Of a stretch of 64,000 nt of DNA, positions 35,744 to 46,810 are shown piece after piece (the first letter of the stretch is position 1; each line of letters begins with the position of its first letter). The notes under the pieces are model-generated. The model saw nothing but the letters and a program-made list of their open reading frames with translations. It made no database searches and was not told the origin of the DNA. Source of the stretch: a virus (taxonomy: Duplodnaviria; Caudoviricetes); IMG/VR virus record IMGVR_UViG_3300028805_000070, positions 32,001 through 96,000 of that record. One strand, given 5' to 3'. A program made the translations under genes and the position numbers.

Positions 35744-36822
35744 CGCATCCATTTTCCTCCTTCCTGTAAACGTTGTTTTGTCTATTTAAATAAAATATCC
35801 TACTTGGGATATTTATCAACTAGCATTTTTACTTCTTCTTTTGCTGCTTTTATTTCTTCTTGTGTAGTCCTTTTAGGAAAATACTCGTAAAAAGTAGTAT
35901 TTTCGCGCCGAGAACTACAACTCCAAGCGGCAATTGTTTTTGATAAGTTAGCGAGTGGGTCATAGCATCCCAATGTGGGCTTTTCATACTTTAATCGTAT
36001 TGGTACTTTATAAGCCCAGAAACTATATAATAAATTAATTTTGTAAATAAAATTTTTATAATAATCCATTTGGTAATAATAAGAGCCGCCAATTGATAGG
36101 TAAATTGCTGAAGTTGGCAAAATTAGCGCGAGCAGGCGCTTCTAATAATTATGCATCATATAATCTACTTCAGAGAGTGGAATATTCAGGTCTAAGAAAG
36201 CATCATTACTTTTAGAAATAATATCGCTTTCTCGCGCGAAAAAGAAATCAGATAACTTATAATAGTGTGCGGGATGAATAAAATTAATAGAAGAAGGCTT
36301 ATGCTCTTTAATATCTTCTATTACTTCTTGCCATCCATCCTAGAAAAAATCTCTATCATAAATATACATACGCTTACGTGCCCTAATGGGCGGTATTGGC
36401 AGTTCCTTTTCTCCCGCAAACCTGCGATAATAGCTATCATCTAAAATATGTTCTATATTTTTCTCTGTTTCGCCAGCCTAATATTTTTCTTTTAGTAAGT
36501 TGCTATATATTCCTGGCCGCGGTAAGGTATAATCTATTAATTCATTTTCAAAAGGCACATATATTTTATTTGTAAAGGCGGAGCCGCCATATATTATATT
36601 GGATGCACGCTTGATAGCTTCTGGCACTTCAATACACGCGTCATTTTCGCTGAATACATACACTTTTTCATAGCCACCAAATTCTGTTTCTTCTAAATTA
36701 ATTAAGCGGCAATACCTATTTTCTTCTCGCTTATAATATTCCGCGAGCTTCATAATCTCTAAATTAGGAGGCGGAAGAGACTTCTAGGCCATCTAAAAAT
36801 TTAAATCAATTAGCCCTATCAT
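35740..36822 (-). CDS. Hypothetical protein with N-terminus resembling B12-binding/radical-SAM-like proteins (360 aa, TAG=Gln)
   Basis: Track ORFs 36478..36753 and 35800..36120 are one frame; ATGA overlaps at both ends; MIGLID..PNLEIMKLAEYYK..YGGSAF. Confidence 0.75.
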
Positions 36823-39800
36823 TCTTCCACCTCCATTCTTTGAGTCTGGAATTCCAGTACTCCATCTTCATCTATATTTGTAATCTTTGAAATCACCGGA
36901 TAAAACGAATCTTTGCGCTTTTTAGGTACGAAGTCTTGTCCTCTACGAATACCTTGTACCATCAACAATGTACCGCGCGAAAACCAACTCTTTTCAATGA
37001 CGTGTTTGATACCGTCATCTCTCTTCTGAGAAAGTTGCTTATCATATAATGCGTATTGATTCTTATAAACCTTTACATTTACAACTCCTGTCGGTGTCAA
37101 CAATGTAACCGTGTTCTTTAACTTATTCTTATCAATTACCGTACCAATAATTCTATGAAGTCTGAATACTCTTACTTCATTACCATCCTTTCCTGGAAAC
37201 GTATACTCAACTTCTGGTTCTTCTGGTAAAGTAAAGAAATCATCATAATTATGAGCTGCGGCCGCCAATTCGTGTTCGTGGCTATAAAAAGATACAGATT
37301 CCATTTCCCAATGAGAAATAGTTCCAGCGGCATATTTATCAAACATTTCTTGATATAGGCTATCATTTAGCTTTTTTAATACTTCATCTTTATGCCCTTT
37401 TAAATATACTCGCATTGGTTCCATTGCCTTCTTATATACATTATCCCACCGAGTTTGTGGAATTTCTATACCATTATCAATTAAGTCGGCGCTGAAATTA
37501 TTTCCAATGAAGTTCACAGCGGCTTCATTTAACTCATAATTATCACCATTCTTACAAGTCTTTAGATATCTATTAAATAAGAACAGCTTCTGGTAAAACT
37601 TCATATCTTCAGGAATCAAACCTTTATTAATTAACATCTGCATATTCTGCAACGTTAACCGTTCTTTCCTGTCTGCAATCATTCCAATATAATCCGCCAT
37701 AATCTTCTCGCGTGGTTCGTTCATCAACGAATCAAATGCCCCGCATTTAATCAAATTAGACATTTGAATCTTATTAACTTTTACACGTTCTAGAAAATCA
37801 TTCATTGACTTAAATGGACGTTGCGCCATGATATCTTTAATAATAGAAGTTGAAAGCCGCGTAATACCTCTTAACCCATACAAAATGACATTATCTTTCA
37901 CCACCGGAGTGAAAGTAAAAGAAGAATTATTAATATCGGGCGGCGAAACCTTAATACCATAAGTACTAAACTTTCCAATTGCTGATGCGACTTTACCATA
38001 ATCTACCGATTTGGTCTTTTCCTTTTTCTTATCTTCTTTTTCGCCCTCTATTACTTCATTTTCTTCTTCCCATTCTTCCAACTCTTCTTCCGGATCTTCA
38101 TCGGGCGCCGATTCAACTATAATTGAAGCTTCACCTTCATCATCATACTCAATCGTTTGTGCGCCGCCGCTATCTACTATTAAGTTTGCTGTATTCCAGA
38201 AAATAATTGGTTCAAACCGTGCAAGATTCATTTCTTGTAGAGCGACCATAGAATAGGCGTATGTGTGAGATGCGTTAAAGCCATAACCACGACTTAGCGC
38301 GACCTCGACATTCCATACATATGAACAGAACTTCTCGCTGAGATGTTTTTCCTTTACTCGCGCGAAAAACTCAGTTGTTAATTGCTCATACTCTTTTGGA
38401 TTCTTTTTCGCAATACTTTTTCTCAAACGGTCTGCCCATTGTAAGTCCCAGCCGCCGCATTCTGGCAATTGAACCAACTGCATAAACTGTTCTTGTGTAA
38501 TTGACATTCCATCTGAAATATCCAGTTCCCTGTGAAGAATCGCTCGTTCATCATCCGTCAATCCATATTGAATCATTTCTCGTTCCCAATCATTAGGATT
38601 GAAACGGAATCTTGCATATTTATCCAATGGACTTTCGGCGCCCTTTTCAGTCGCCATTAGACGAATAACTGAATTCAAAACTGCTAATTCGTCTACTGTT
38701 CTTGGATGTGTTAATGCAATCCCTCTGGTTCCAGATTGCTGTTCCATCTGAAACAAACTAACAATTTCGTGATGTTGAATCATATCCCACATCTTTTTAT
38801 CATCACGATTTATTTTATACACATTAAGAACTGACTCATAAGTTTCGCGCAATGTTGCCTTTTTTTCTACATATCCTTGCTCTACCAATAAATCAAGACA
38901 AGTATGAATTTTATCCGCGGCTTCAACACTCAGCAAGTCCATTTTAATTTCAGAAACATCTTCCAAATCATGTAATTCAAACTGAGTAATTATTGTGCCA
39001 TCGGGCGCGCGCATCAGAGCACTAGAAGCAGTGAAATCTTCATCTTTAAAAACGACTCCTCCCGCGTGAATACCAACACCGCAAATCAATCCTTCAATAC
39101 GACTCGCAACTTCCCATAACTGTGGATACTTACTAATCTCATTAATAAAAGTCTGATTTGGTTCAATCCCCGCTTCTTCATCACCATAATACATTTGTTT
39201 CAATGTATATGATTGACCACGTTCAGCACTAATAAGATTTGCAATATAGGATGCTTCATCAACATCAATTCCCAATCCTCGTGCCGCCGTTAAAATTGCA
39301 GAACGAGATTTTTCGGTTCTAAAAGTTGCTACATTTGAGACTCGATTTTCGCCATATACTTTTCTCAAATATTCCAATACTTGCCCTCGACGCAGCCCTT
39401 CAATATCCACATCGATATCGAGAACAGAAACACGGGCAGGATTAAGGAAACGCCAAGGATACATCTTAGTCTTTTCCCGAAGGCAATTTATTTGTATGAT
39501 ATCCAGCGCATACAGAAGAACAAATCCACCACCGGAACCTCGCGCCGGGAGAACAATACTCCCGGCATTCCAACATTCATCTATAATCTTTTGTAGATTT
39601 AAGAAATATGCTGACCATTGCGCTTTATTAACCTGAGAAGACTCCCAAGTCATTTCAAGACATTCATTTAATGCATCAAATGCATCTACATTTTGCAAAT
39701 CTTCATGTTTTTTGATACCCTCAATTAGAGCCATTACTAATGTTCTATCTGCTTTATACTCTGACTTAATAAAATGCACCAAAGCAGGCATCTTATGAAT

Positions 39801-40794
39801 ATAAAAATCTAATTCTTGACTATCAATTTCTGAAGGAAATTCACGCCACGGAAGATTTGGAATTTTCAGTGGTTTCAAAATACTAAAATCTTCACACCTA
39901 TCCTTAATCTCTTTAATTGCTGAGTATGCGGCTTGAAGTTCATCTTCATTTAAATATGGAAAGAAACTTCTAATCTCTTCATCCGACATCATATACGTTG
40001 TGGCATAGAATGAACGGACTTCACGCTCACCATCCTGAGAATTAAGGAATGCTTCGTGAACTGCCGCATCTTCTGGCCGCCCATAATGGCTATCAGTTGT
40101 GATTATATATTTAATTCCAAGCTCTTTACTAATTTGCAATAGATGTTTATTTACAAATACCTGTTCCTTTCCATTTGAAGGTTGCATCTCCAAATAGAAA
40201 TTTCCTTTACCAAAAATATCTTCAATATATAAACACCAACGTTTTGCTGTTTCATAATATTCTTCATTATCAGTATCCATATATTGAAGAAGAAACTTAT
40301 CTAATTGCGAACCTAAACAAGCACTACTTGCAATCAAATGTCCTTGATTTGGTTTTACAATTTCTTTTAAGTCCGAATAGTAAGTTGGACGTCGCCGCAT
40401 TTTTCTACTCATATATGAGCGATTCCAGGCCCGAGTTGAAAGTTCGCAAATTTGATGATAGCCTTCCAAATCTCGCGCCAAAAGGATAAAGTGGAAATAC
40501 TTATCTTTCGTTCTATCGAAATTTTTTGCGTTTAAACCATTACGAGTTAAGTAAATCTCGTTACCACGAATTAATTTAAAGTCTGGATGGTCTTTTTTTA
40601 TTTTCTTATAATATTTTTCAGCCTTGATATAACTTGATATAGTTTCATGGTCTGTGATTGCTACGCATTCGTGTCCGAGCTGTATTGCAAGATTAAACAA
40701 ATCTTCAATACGATTTGTGCTATCTCGTAGGGTTTCATTACTAAACATTGTGTGGTTCCTAATTATGAAGACTTCCAGGATAAGTCATCTTCAT
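36819..40794 (-). CDS. dnaE: DNA polymerase III alpha (DnaE-type) with discontinuous 5' end; putative join(40794..40762, 40754..36819)
   Basis: PHP (ITDHE, TTDSHY), RGSGGG, LDIDVD, HAGG, KMDLL, YGFNASH; AAGGAGGT SD and ATG 40794 encode MKMTYPGSLHN in a frame offset by 7 nt from HTMFSN. Confidence 0.93.
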
Positions 40795-41513
40795 ATAGGT
40801 ACCACCTCCTTTCGTGCTTCATTACGCACATTTTTATTATAATTATGTAAATATTTCCAAGTTCTGCATCTATTTATATCATACAATATATTTAAACTAA
40901 TGTCAAGATCTCGTGACAATTGAGCCAATGAACGAGTATCATTTTTTAATAATTCAATAATTTCTCTTGCTTGATTTTCTGTAATTTTATTTGTACCTAA
41001 TTCACCATTATGAGTATTACGCTGTTCATTTCGCAATAATAATGATTCTTGACGAATATTCTTAACATAATTATGTAGGTGACCCCAAGTTCTACATCTA
41101 TTAATAAAATCAATTGTATTTATATGTACATTAAATTGTTCTGCAATTTCACGATTGTTTAATTTACATTCTTCTAATAGATGAATAATTTGTAAAACCT
41201 CTTTATCATTTAATTTGGCTTGAATATTATTTTCTCCTCGATAACAGTTTCCTCCCTTAATTAAATTATATCCATTTTGAATTGAATCATAATATTCAAT
41301 CCAATACTTTTCTCGCTCATCCAATAATTCAACTGGACATTCTTCAATAATAGAGAAAGTGAAATTATCGCGTTCATTGCGTAGAGCATCATCTATTTTA
41401 GAATAAGGTGAAGGATTATAAAGATGATCTTGCTTTCGTTTTGAAATGTTTGTACTTTGTCCTATATATTTTTTATGAGTTTCTTTATGTTCAAACATAT
41501 AAATACCTATCAT
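40791..41513 (-). CDS. Free-standing GIY-YIG homing endonuclease with two C-terminal HTH-like repeats
   Basis: GIYMF..KYIGQS..EREKYWI..GYN; duplicated INRCRTW motif; stop overlaps the dnaE ATG. Confidence 0.88.
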   Translation of the reverse strand: MIGIYMFEHKETHKKYIGQSTNISKRKQDHLYNPSPYSKIDDALRNERDNFTFSIIEECPVELLDEREKYWIEYYDSIQNGYNLIKGGNCYRGENNIQAKLNDKEVLQIIHLLEECKLNNREIAEQFNVHINTIDFINRCRTWGHLHNYVKNIRQESLLLRNEQRNTHNGELGTNKITENQAREIIELLKNDTRSLAQLSRDLDISLNILYDINRCRTWKYLHNYNKNVRNEARKEVVPI

Positions 41514-41539
41514 ATTTATTCACCTCCCTATCTATATCA

Positions 41540-41568
41540 ATTATATCATAAATTTTATTAAAAGTCAA
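41540..41568 (-). promoter_or_regulatory. Sigma-A/70 promoter
   Basis: TTGACT-17 nt-TATAAT with TG extended -10. Confidence 0.85.
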
Positions 41569-41963
41569 AAGTAATCTGGGAATACCTTCATTAGTTTCTC
41601 ATAAGCTGATTCTTTCTTTAAACTTGGACAATAATCATACTGAATATCATCTACTTCATTCCATACTTGCGCTTGATTACGGGTTAAGTCTAACTCAGTC
41701 GCAATTACTAGCCTATCTTGATAAGATGCTCCATCATAGTACCAGTATCCATATTCATTCCAAAGCATATAATATTCAGTACGTTCCTTATTTACAACAT
41801 AGTAAACATCTGGCGCCAAATTCGGATTATCATTTTCACGCATATATTCAAGAAAACACTTATCTTGTGTATTAACTTCCAATTTAAGTTCTGGCGTGCG
41901 AGTACCCATGAATACATGGCCTTGCGCTATCTGAGGGTACATCTTATAAATTTCAAAAATCAT
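41565..41963 (-). CDS. Hypothetical protein
   Basis: Track ORF with ATGA coupling upstream. Confidence 0.7.
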   Translation of the reverse strand: MIFEIYKMYPQIAQGHVFMGTRTPELKLEVNTQDKCFLEYMRENDNPNLAPDVYYVVNKERTEYYMLWNEYGYWYYDGASYQDRLVIATELDLTRNQAQVWNEVDDIQYDYCPSLKKESAYEKLMKVFPDYF

Positions 41964-42124
41964 TTTATATTATCTAGCCATCCCATCTGCCACATACGGA
42001 ATAGGATATTATCTATTACAGCCATTTCTTCCGGACTATCTTCTATATTCGTGCCTTCAATTAGTTTTTCTCGACACATTTGAATTAATTCTTCTCTGTT
42101 ATCATCGCACGTATTAAAATTCAT
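41960..42124 (-). CDS. Small hypothetical protein (54 aa)
   Basis: MNFNTCDDNREEL...; fills gap, overlaps both neighbours. Confidence 0.55.
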   Translation of the reverse strand: MNFNTCDDNREELIQMCREKLIEGTNIEDSPEEMAVIDNILFRMWQMGWLDNIK

Positions 42125-43886
42125 ATTTACTCTCATCCTCTTTCAATTCATAATCATCAATAAATACTTGAACCGAAGTGCGCCCATTGAACGTATTAAG
42201 GTTTGCGCGCCCATATATAGTAAGCATCTTTGTTCTATCTTCCATTACTTGCTCTACAAAATCTGAATCTTTAAAGCGTACATAGTCGATATTGTTGTAT
42301 GAAATTTTCATACTGTCCTTATTTGCGCCCATAGGCATCACACTCATAAGCGGAATATTTTCTACTACAATTCGTACTTCATCAATATGATTACCAAAGT
42401 ATTCTGGATGAGAGGCAAGCGCAGCGATAAGTTCATCGTTATAATCAGATGCTTTTAAAATATAATCTACAAGATAACAATTCTCAAAGTCTGATGAACT
42501 TAGGTGCTTATTAGCATAATCAATAAGAGAATCAACTCTATTTCCATTTAAGCCCCAGCCACAAGCATTATCATGCCCAGCGGTATAATTAAGCAATTTG
42601 CTATCTTCCAAGAACTTTTTAAAGCTCGGTAAGCCTGCGAAATTCCCGTCTGAACGAATACTTCCTTGAATTTCATTATCATTATTGCGGCGGCCAATCA
42701 TTACGGGCTTATGGTATTTAGAAACCACGTTCATAGCAATGAGGCCAGTCAGTTCTTGTGGGATATTATCAGAATTATCTAGCTCAACTAAGATGATATT
42801 ATTCGCATCCAAACAATCTTTTTGAATCTTAAAATCTACTATTCCAAGCGCTTGTTCCTTTAACCGGTCTTGGCGCGCTTTTGCGTTTTTGCCTACGCGT
42901 GCAGTCTGCTCTGCGGCAGTCTCAGTATCACCAGGTTTCGCGCCACGTTTTGTGCTCTTCATTTCACGCCTAGGTTCAATAAAACAATAGAACATTGTTT
43001 CTTTTTCTTCCATAGTGCCCACGCGAGTAATTGCATTAATAAGAGGAGCAATATAAAAAGCAATATCAATAGGAGTTAATCCATTATAGGGGAAAATAGC
43101 TTTTTCTTTTAAAGAGAAAGCCTGCGCTTCAATTAAAGTTTTAAATCCTTCATTCTGAATATATGATAATCCTTCCATCATAATATAATTAGTTTCGGTA
43201 TCTGTTCTATCCATAACGTCAGCAATTTCTCCTAATGCCGCGAGATCCATATAATTCTGAGCTTGGTCTATTCCTAAAATATCATCCAATACTTCACAAA
43301 ACTTATATACTACTCCCGCGCCACACAAAGATTTATTAGAATACTCTGGTGAGAGTTGATTATTTACTATAATGGTATTTGGATAGTCAGATATAATAGG
43401 ATTTCCTTGTGTATCATATTCCTGCTCGTGATGGTCTAGACAAATGACATCCATTCCTAGTTCGCCGCAGCGCCGATGTTCATCTTTATCATAACTGCTT
43501 GAATCTGGGCATAGTATTAAATCATAGTCTGGATTGTCTTCTAGCCACTCAATCTTATCATCCAAACCGTGCTGTTTATGGTTATGTACTGTAAAATGCA
43601 AATCAGCATTTGGGAAAATATGTTTTATATAGAGCCATAAGATTGCGCTGCTTGTAAATCCATCAGCATCGCAATCTACGTTGAAAAGAATAGAACTTCC
43701 TTTGCGTAAATGATATAGTAGTCGTTCTGCCGCCGCATCAATATTTTTTAATAAATGTGGATTAAGTTCACAAGCAGATGTTGGATACATAAAATTCTCA
43801 ATATCTTGAACGCCGCGGTCACGAAGAACATCTTCTAGCGCGCCTTCCGGGTCGGTCGTGTATTTCTTTCTTAGCTTATACTTCAT
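42114..43886 (-). CDS. recJ: RecJ-like DHH ssDNA exonuclease
   Basis: DCDADG, CPD, LDHH, LCGAGV, GSIRS and AGHDNACG motifs. Confidence 0.92.
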   Translation of the reverse strand: MKYKLRKKYTTDPEGALEDVLRDRGVQDIENFMYPTSACELNPHLLKNIDAAAERLLYHLRKGSSILFNVDCDADGFTSSAILWLYIKHIFPNADLHFTVHNHKQHGLDDKIEWLEDNPDYDLILCPDSSSYDKDEHRRCGELGMDVICLDHHEQEYDTQGNPIISDYPNTIIVNNQLSPEYSNKSLCGAGVVYKFCEVLDDILGIDQAQNYMDLAALGEIADVMDRTDTETNYIMMEGLSYIQNEGFKTLIEAQAFSLKEKAIFPYNGLTPIDIAFYIAPLINAITRVGTMEEKETMFYCFIEPRREMKSTKRGAKPGDTETAAEQTARVGKNAKARQDRLKEQALGIVDFKIQKDCLDANNIILVELDNSDNIPQELTGLIAMNVVSKYHKPVMIGRRNNDNEIQGSIRSDGNFAGLPSFKKFLEDSKLLNYTAGHDNACGWGLNGNRVDSLIDYANKHLSSSDFENCYLVDYILKASDYNDELIAALASHPEYFGNHIDEVRIVVENIPLMSVMPMGANKDSMKISYNNIDYVRFKDSDFVEQVMEDRTKMLTIYGRANLNTFNGRTSVQVFIDDYELKEDESKYEF

Positions 43887-44074
43887 TCTTTTTCACCCAC
43901 TTTCTTAGCATTACTTAGAACTAATGAGTCAGAATTAAGATAAACCGGAATATCCTCTTTATCACTCTTCAAATAAATTACATAACAATCACCGCTATTA
44001 CTTATACTAAAGGAATGAACGGTGCCACGCATAGTTAATTCAATTTCATCATTAATATCAAATAATGTCGTCAT
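43883..44074 (-). CDS. Hypothetical protein
   Basis: Track ORF coupled to recJ. Confidence 0.6.
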   Translation of the reverse strand: MTTLFDINDEIELTMRGTVHSFSISNSGDCYVIYLKSDKEDIPVYLNSDSLVLSNAKKVGEKE

Positions 44075-44078
44075 TTTA

Positions 44079-45200
44079 TTACCTCACTCTTATTCTAGTC
44101 TTATAAAGTTGCTCAAATACTTCTTTCCCCTTATCATATGGAGAATCTTTTTCTGCAAGTAAGTTATCCATATCCCATATATAATAAAAAGTTGCTTGGC
44201 CTGCATATTTTCGGCAGGCTGCTTCAATTCTTTTTCTATATTCGCGCGCCTTTTCAGTGCGCCAATCTGTATATTCTTTATCAAAGGCAATTGTTATCTC
44301 ATTCGCGCCCAAAATATTAGTTAGCAAGTTAATTTGATATTTATTAATTTTTGAGCCGCAACACGCTACCGCATTTGCCCATTGCCCATAATACCCGTCA
44401 TCTAGAAGAACAGATTTTTCACCTTCAACAATAATGGCACTTTGACGCTTTCTAATTGCATTTTGATGTTCATATATTCCATATAAATTAAAATGTAATG
44501 GATGTGCGTATAATACGTTTCCTAGCTGCAATGGCCGATATTTACCATATTGTTCTGCTTCTTCTTCATCTAAGGTTCGCGCGCGAATTCCCACTAAATT
44601 CCCATCTAAATCCAAATGTGGAATTGTTATTTTATTTTGCGCCAGAGAAAAACCAATATGAAATTTATCCATAATTTCTGGCTTGATTCCATCCTTTAAC
44701 CAAAGAGGATGGTGATATGATGGAAAATAAGTTAGCATAGTTCGAGGATACTGGGTTAGATGCGGAATAGAAGAATCAAACTTGTATTTATCTATATTAA
44801 AGTCTGAGCGGTATTTTTTCGCGCCTGTAACTATAAGATGCTTAATGCTTTTTTTCACATAATCTACTGCTTCTTCAAAACTAACATTGTGATAGTTGAT
44901 GTGCATAAATTTTTGATACAGCGTGAAAATTGACATTGCCTCATTACATTCTGTATAGCATCGGAATATCTTATTATTCTGATACCAATATAGTTTCATA
45001 GATTCGGCTTCTTCTAATGGATTATGACAGATGGTTGGGCAGACCAAGTATCCTTTATCTTCATACATAGCTATCTGTTCTACTCCCAACCCTTCTAAGA
45101 AATTCTGTACATCCTCCAAAGTAATAGAATTGACAATATCTTGAAGACTAATATCCAATAATTCTAGTTCTTCATCCGCGCCTTGTAATGTGGCGAGCAT
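44079..45200 (-). CDS. DNA primase (Zn-finger + TOPRIM)
   Basis: CPTICHN..CYTEC, IIVEGEKS, IAFDKE, KDSP. Confidence 0.88.
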   Translation of the reverse strand: MLATLQGADEELELLDISLQDIVNSITLEDVQNFLEGLGVEQIAMYEDKGYLVCPTICHNPLEEAESMKLYWYQNNKIFRCYTECNEAMSIFTLYQKFMHINYHNVSFEEAVDYVKKSIKHLIVTGAKKYRSDFNIDKYKFDSSIPHLTQYPRTMLTYFPSYHHPLWLKDGIKPEIMDKFHIGFSLAQNKITIPHLDLDGNLVGIRARTLDEEEAEQYGKYRPLQLGNVLYAHPLHFNLYGIYEHQNAIRKRQSAIIVEGEKSVLLDDGYYGQWANAVACCGSKINKYQINLLTNILGANEITIAFDKEYTDWRTEKAREYRKRIEAACRKYAGQATFYYIWDMDNLLAEKDSPYDKGKEVFEQLYKTRIRVR

Positions 45201-45203
45201 TTA

Positions 45204-46799
45204 TTACTCTCCTTCCTATATCTTAATTACTCGTTCACTGCTACTCGAAAACAAATCAATCGGCTCATTAATAGGTTGATTTTCCGCAGTTGTAATAAAT
45301 AAATCTTCTCGTTCTCCGGTACCAAGATGTAATCTTGTCCAGATACGAACCATTTTATAGCGGCCACGCCGCATCTTATAAATATCCAATACGTGTGTTG
45401 GTCTATTATCAAAGATAGTTGATGAAATCACTCCTTCTCGTGCAGCTACTTTCAACCCTGGTAATACTGAATTCCACGCCTTATCTGAAATACGTTGCAT
45501 TCCATATCCCATATCGGCCTTATCTGCCACAGCCTTAGACCCACGAATTGTCTTTTCATCCATAAAAGGAAGGTCATCCATATTCATTCCAGCCGCATTT
45601 ACCTGTGTTGCTGAAAATATAAATAAACCATAATCTTTTGCTAGCTGTTTCAGCTGATTAGCCAGCATCATCAGTATAACATCCTCGCGTATATTATTTC
45701 TGGTGAATTGAGAAATCATACTCGCAGTACTATGTATATAGTCAAAGAATACATATTTTACATTATCTACTGTCGCATACTTACGAATCGTTGCTTCTAC
45801 ATTTTGTAGATTTGGATCGCTAATTTCTTCAATCAAAAAATATCCACTATATTCTTCCATAATTTTACCGGCACATTTTACTCTTGTCAACTCTCCTAGT
45901 TCATAATGCCCCGTTAAAATATGATCTTCATCCACCCCAGATAAATAAGCCAACATAATTGTTTGAACTTCTTCTTTATCCATTTCTGTCACAATAAACA
46001 GAACTTTACGAGGTTCTCGTGGATCGCCAGTCGCATCTATCTCTTCAATAAATGCTTGTTGTGTATGCGACCAACGTTTTGGATATGCGAGATGACAAGC
46101 ATCAAAAATACTTGTACGAGTTTTACCTGCACTCGTACTTGCACTTTTTAAGAAAAAACATCCATCTCGCGCCCCGCGACATACTGAGCTAAATATCTTC
46201 CCTTCCAAACTCGGCCCAATACTTGGCGATTTACGTAAGTCTTCAATTAACTCAAAAATTCCTTCCGCCGGATCACCTTTAAGTCGGCCGCCATTCAGAA
46301 ACTCATTTCTAATTTCTGAATAATTCTTCTCTACACTATTTAATATATCTTCCAATGATGATTCATTGAAATGCTGTATTACTTGCTGTTCTCTTGCTGG
46401 ATCTACTGTACTTCTTTCATCAATATAAAATTCACTAATATCATAATTGGCTCTTTGTAACTTTCTTAAAAGTGAGCATTTCTTTAATCTATCATAATAA
46501 ATTTTAAAGTTGCCTAAACTCGCGGTTTCATATGCGTTTTTTACGAAGTCTAATCCGCCCTCGCTTTTATATATTTGCAATGCCGCGCCGCCATTACGTT
46601 CAATCTCTTGGTCTATTTCAAGTACAGATAATTCCATTGCGCCCGCAGCATACATTTTTTTAATTACGTTAAAACATATTCGTGCGGGCTTATAATCAAA
46701 GTCTACTGGATTAATATCCTGATATTCCAAAAGTAATTGAGGCTGATACATTAAGCAACCGATAACATTGCGATAAGCCGCATTATCGGATAACGTCAT
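45204..46799 (-). CDS. DnaB-like replicative helicase (ends TAG 45216, or TAA 45204 with read-through)
   Basis: Walker A STSAGKT, VTEM, FFDYIH, ATQVN, IRGSKAVADKAD, KMRRG. Confidence 0.9.
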
Positions 46800-46810
46800 A
46801 TAATTCCTCC

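Noticed and set aside
36819-40748. Intein in DnaE, helicase or NrdD
   Set aside because: No C/S...HN splice motifs or large insertions; protein lengths are normal
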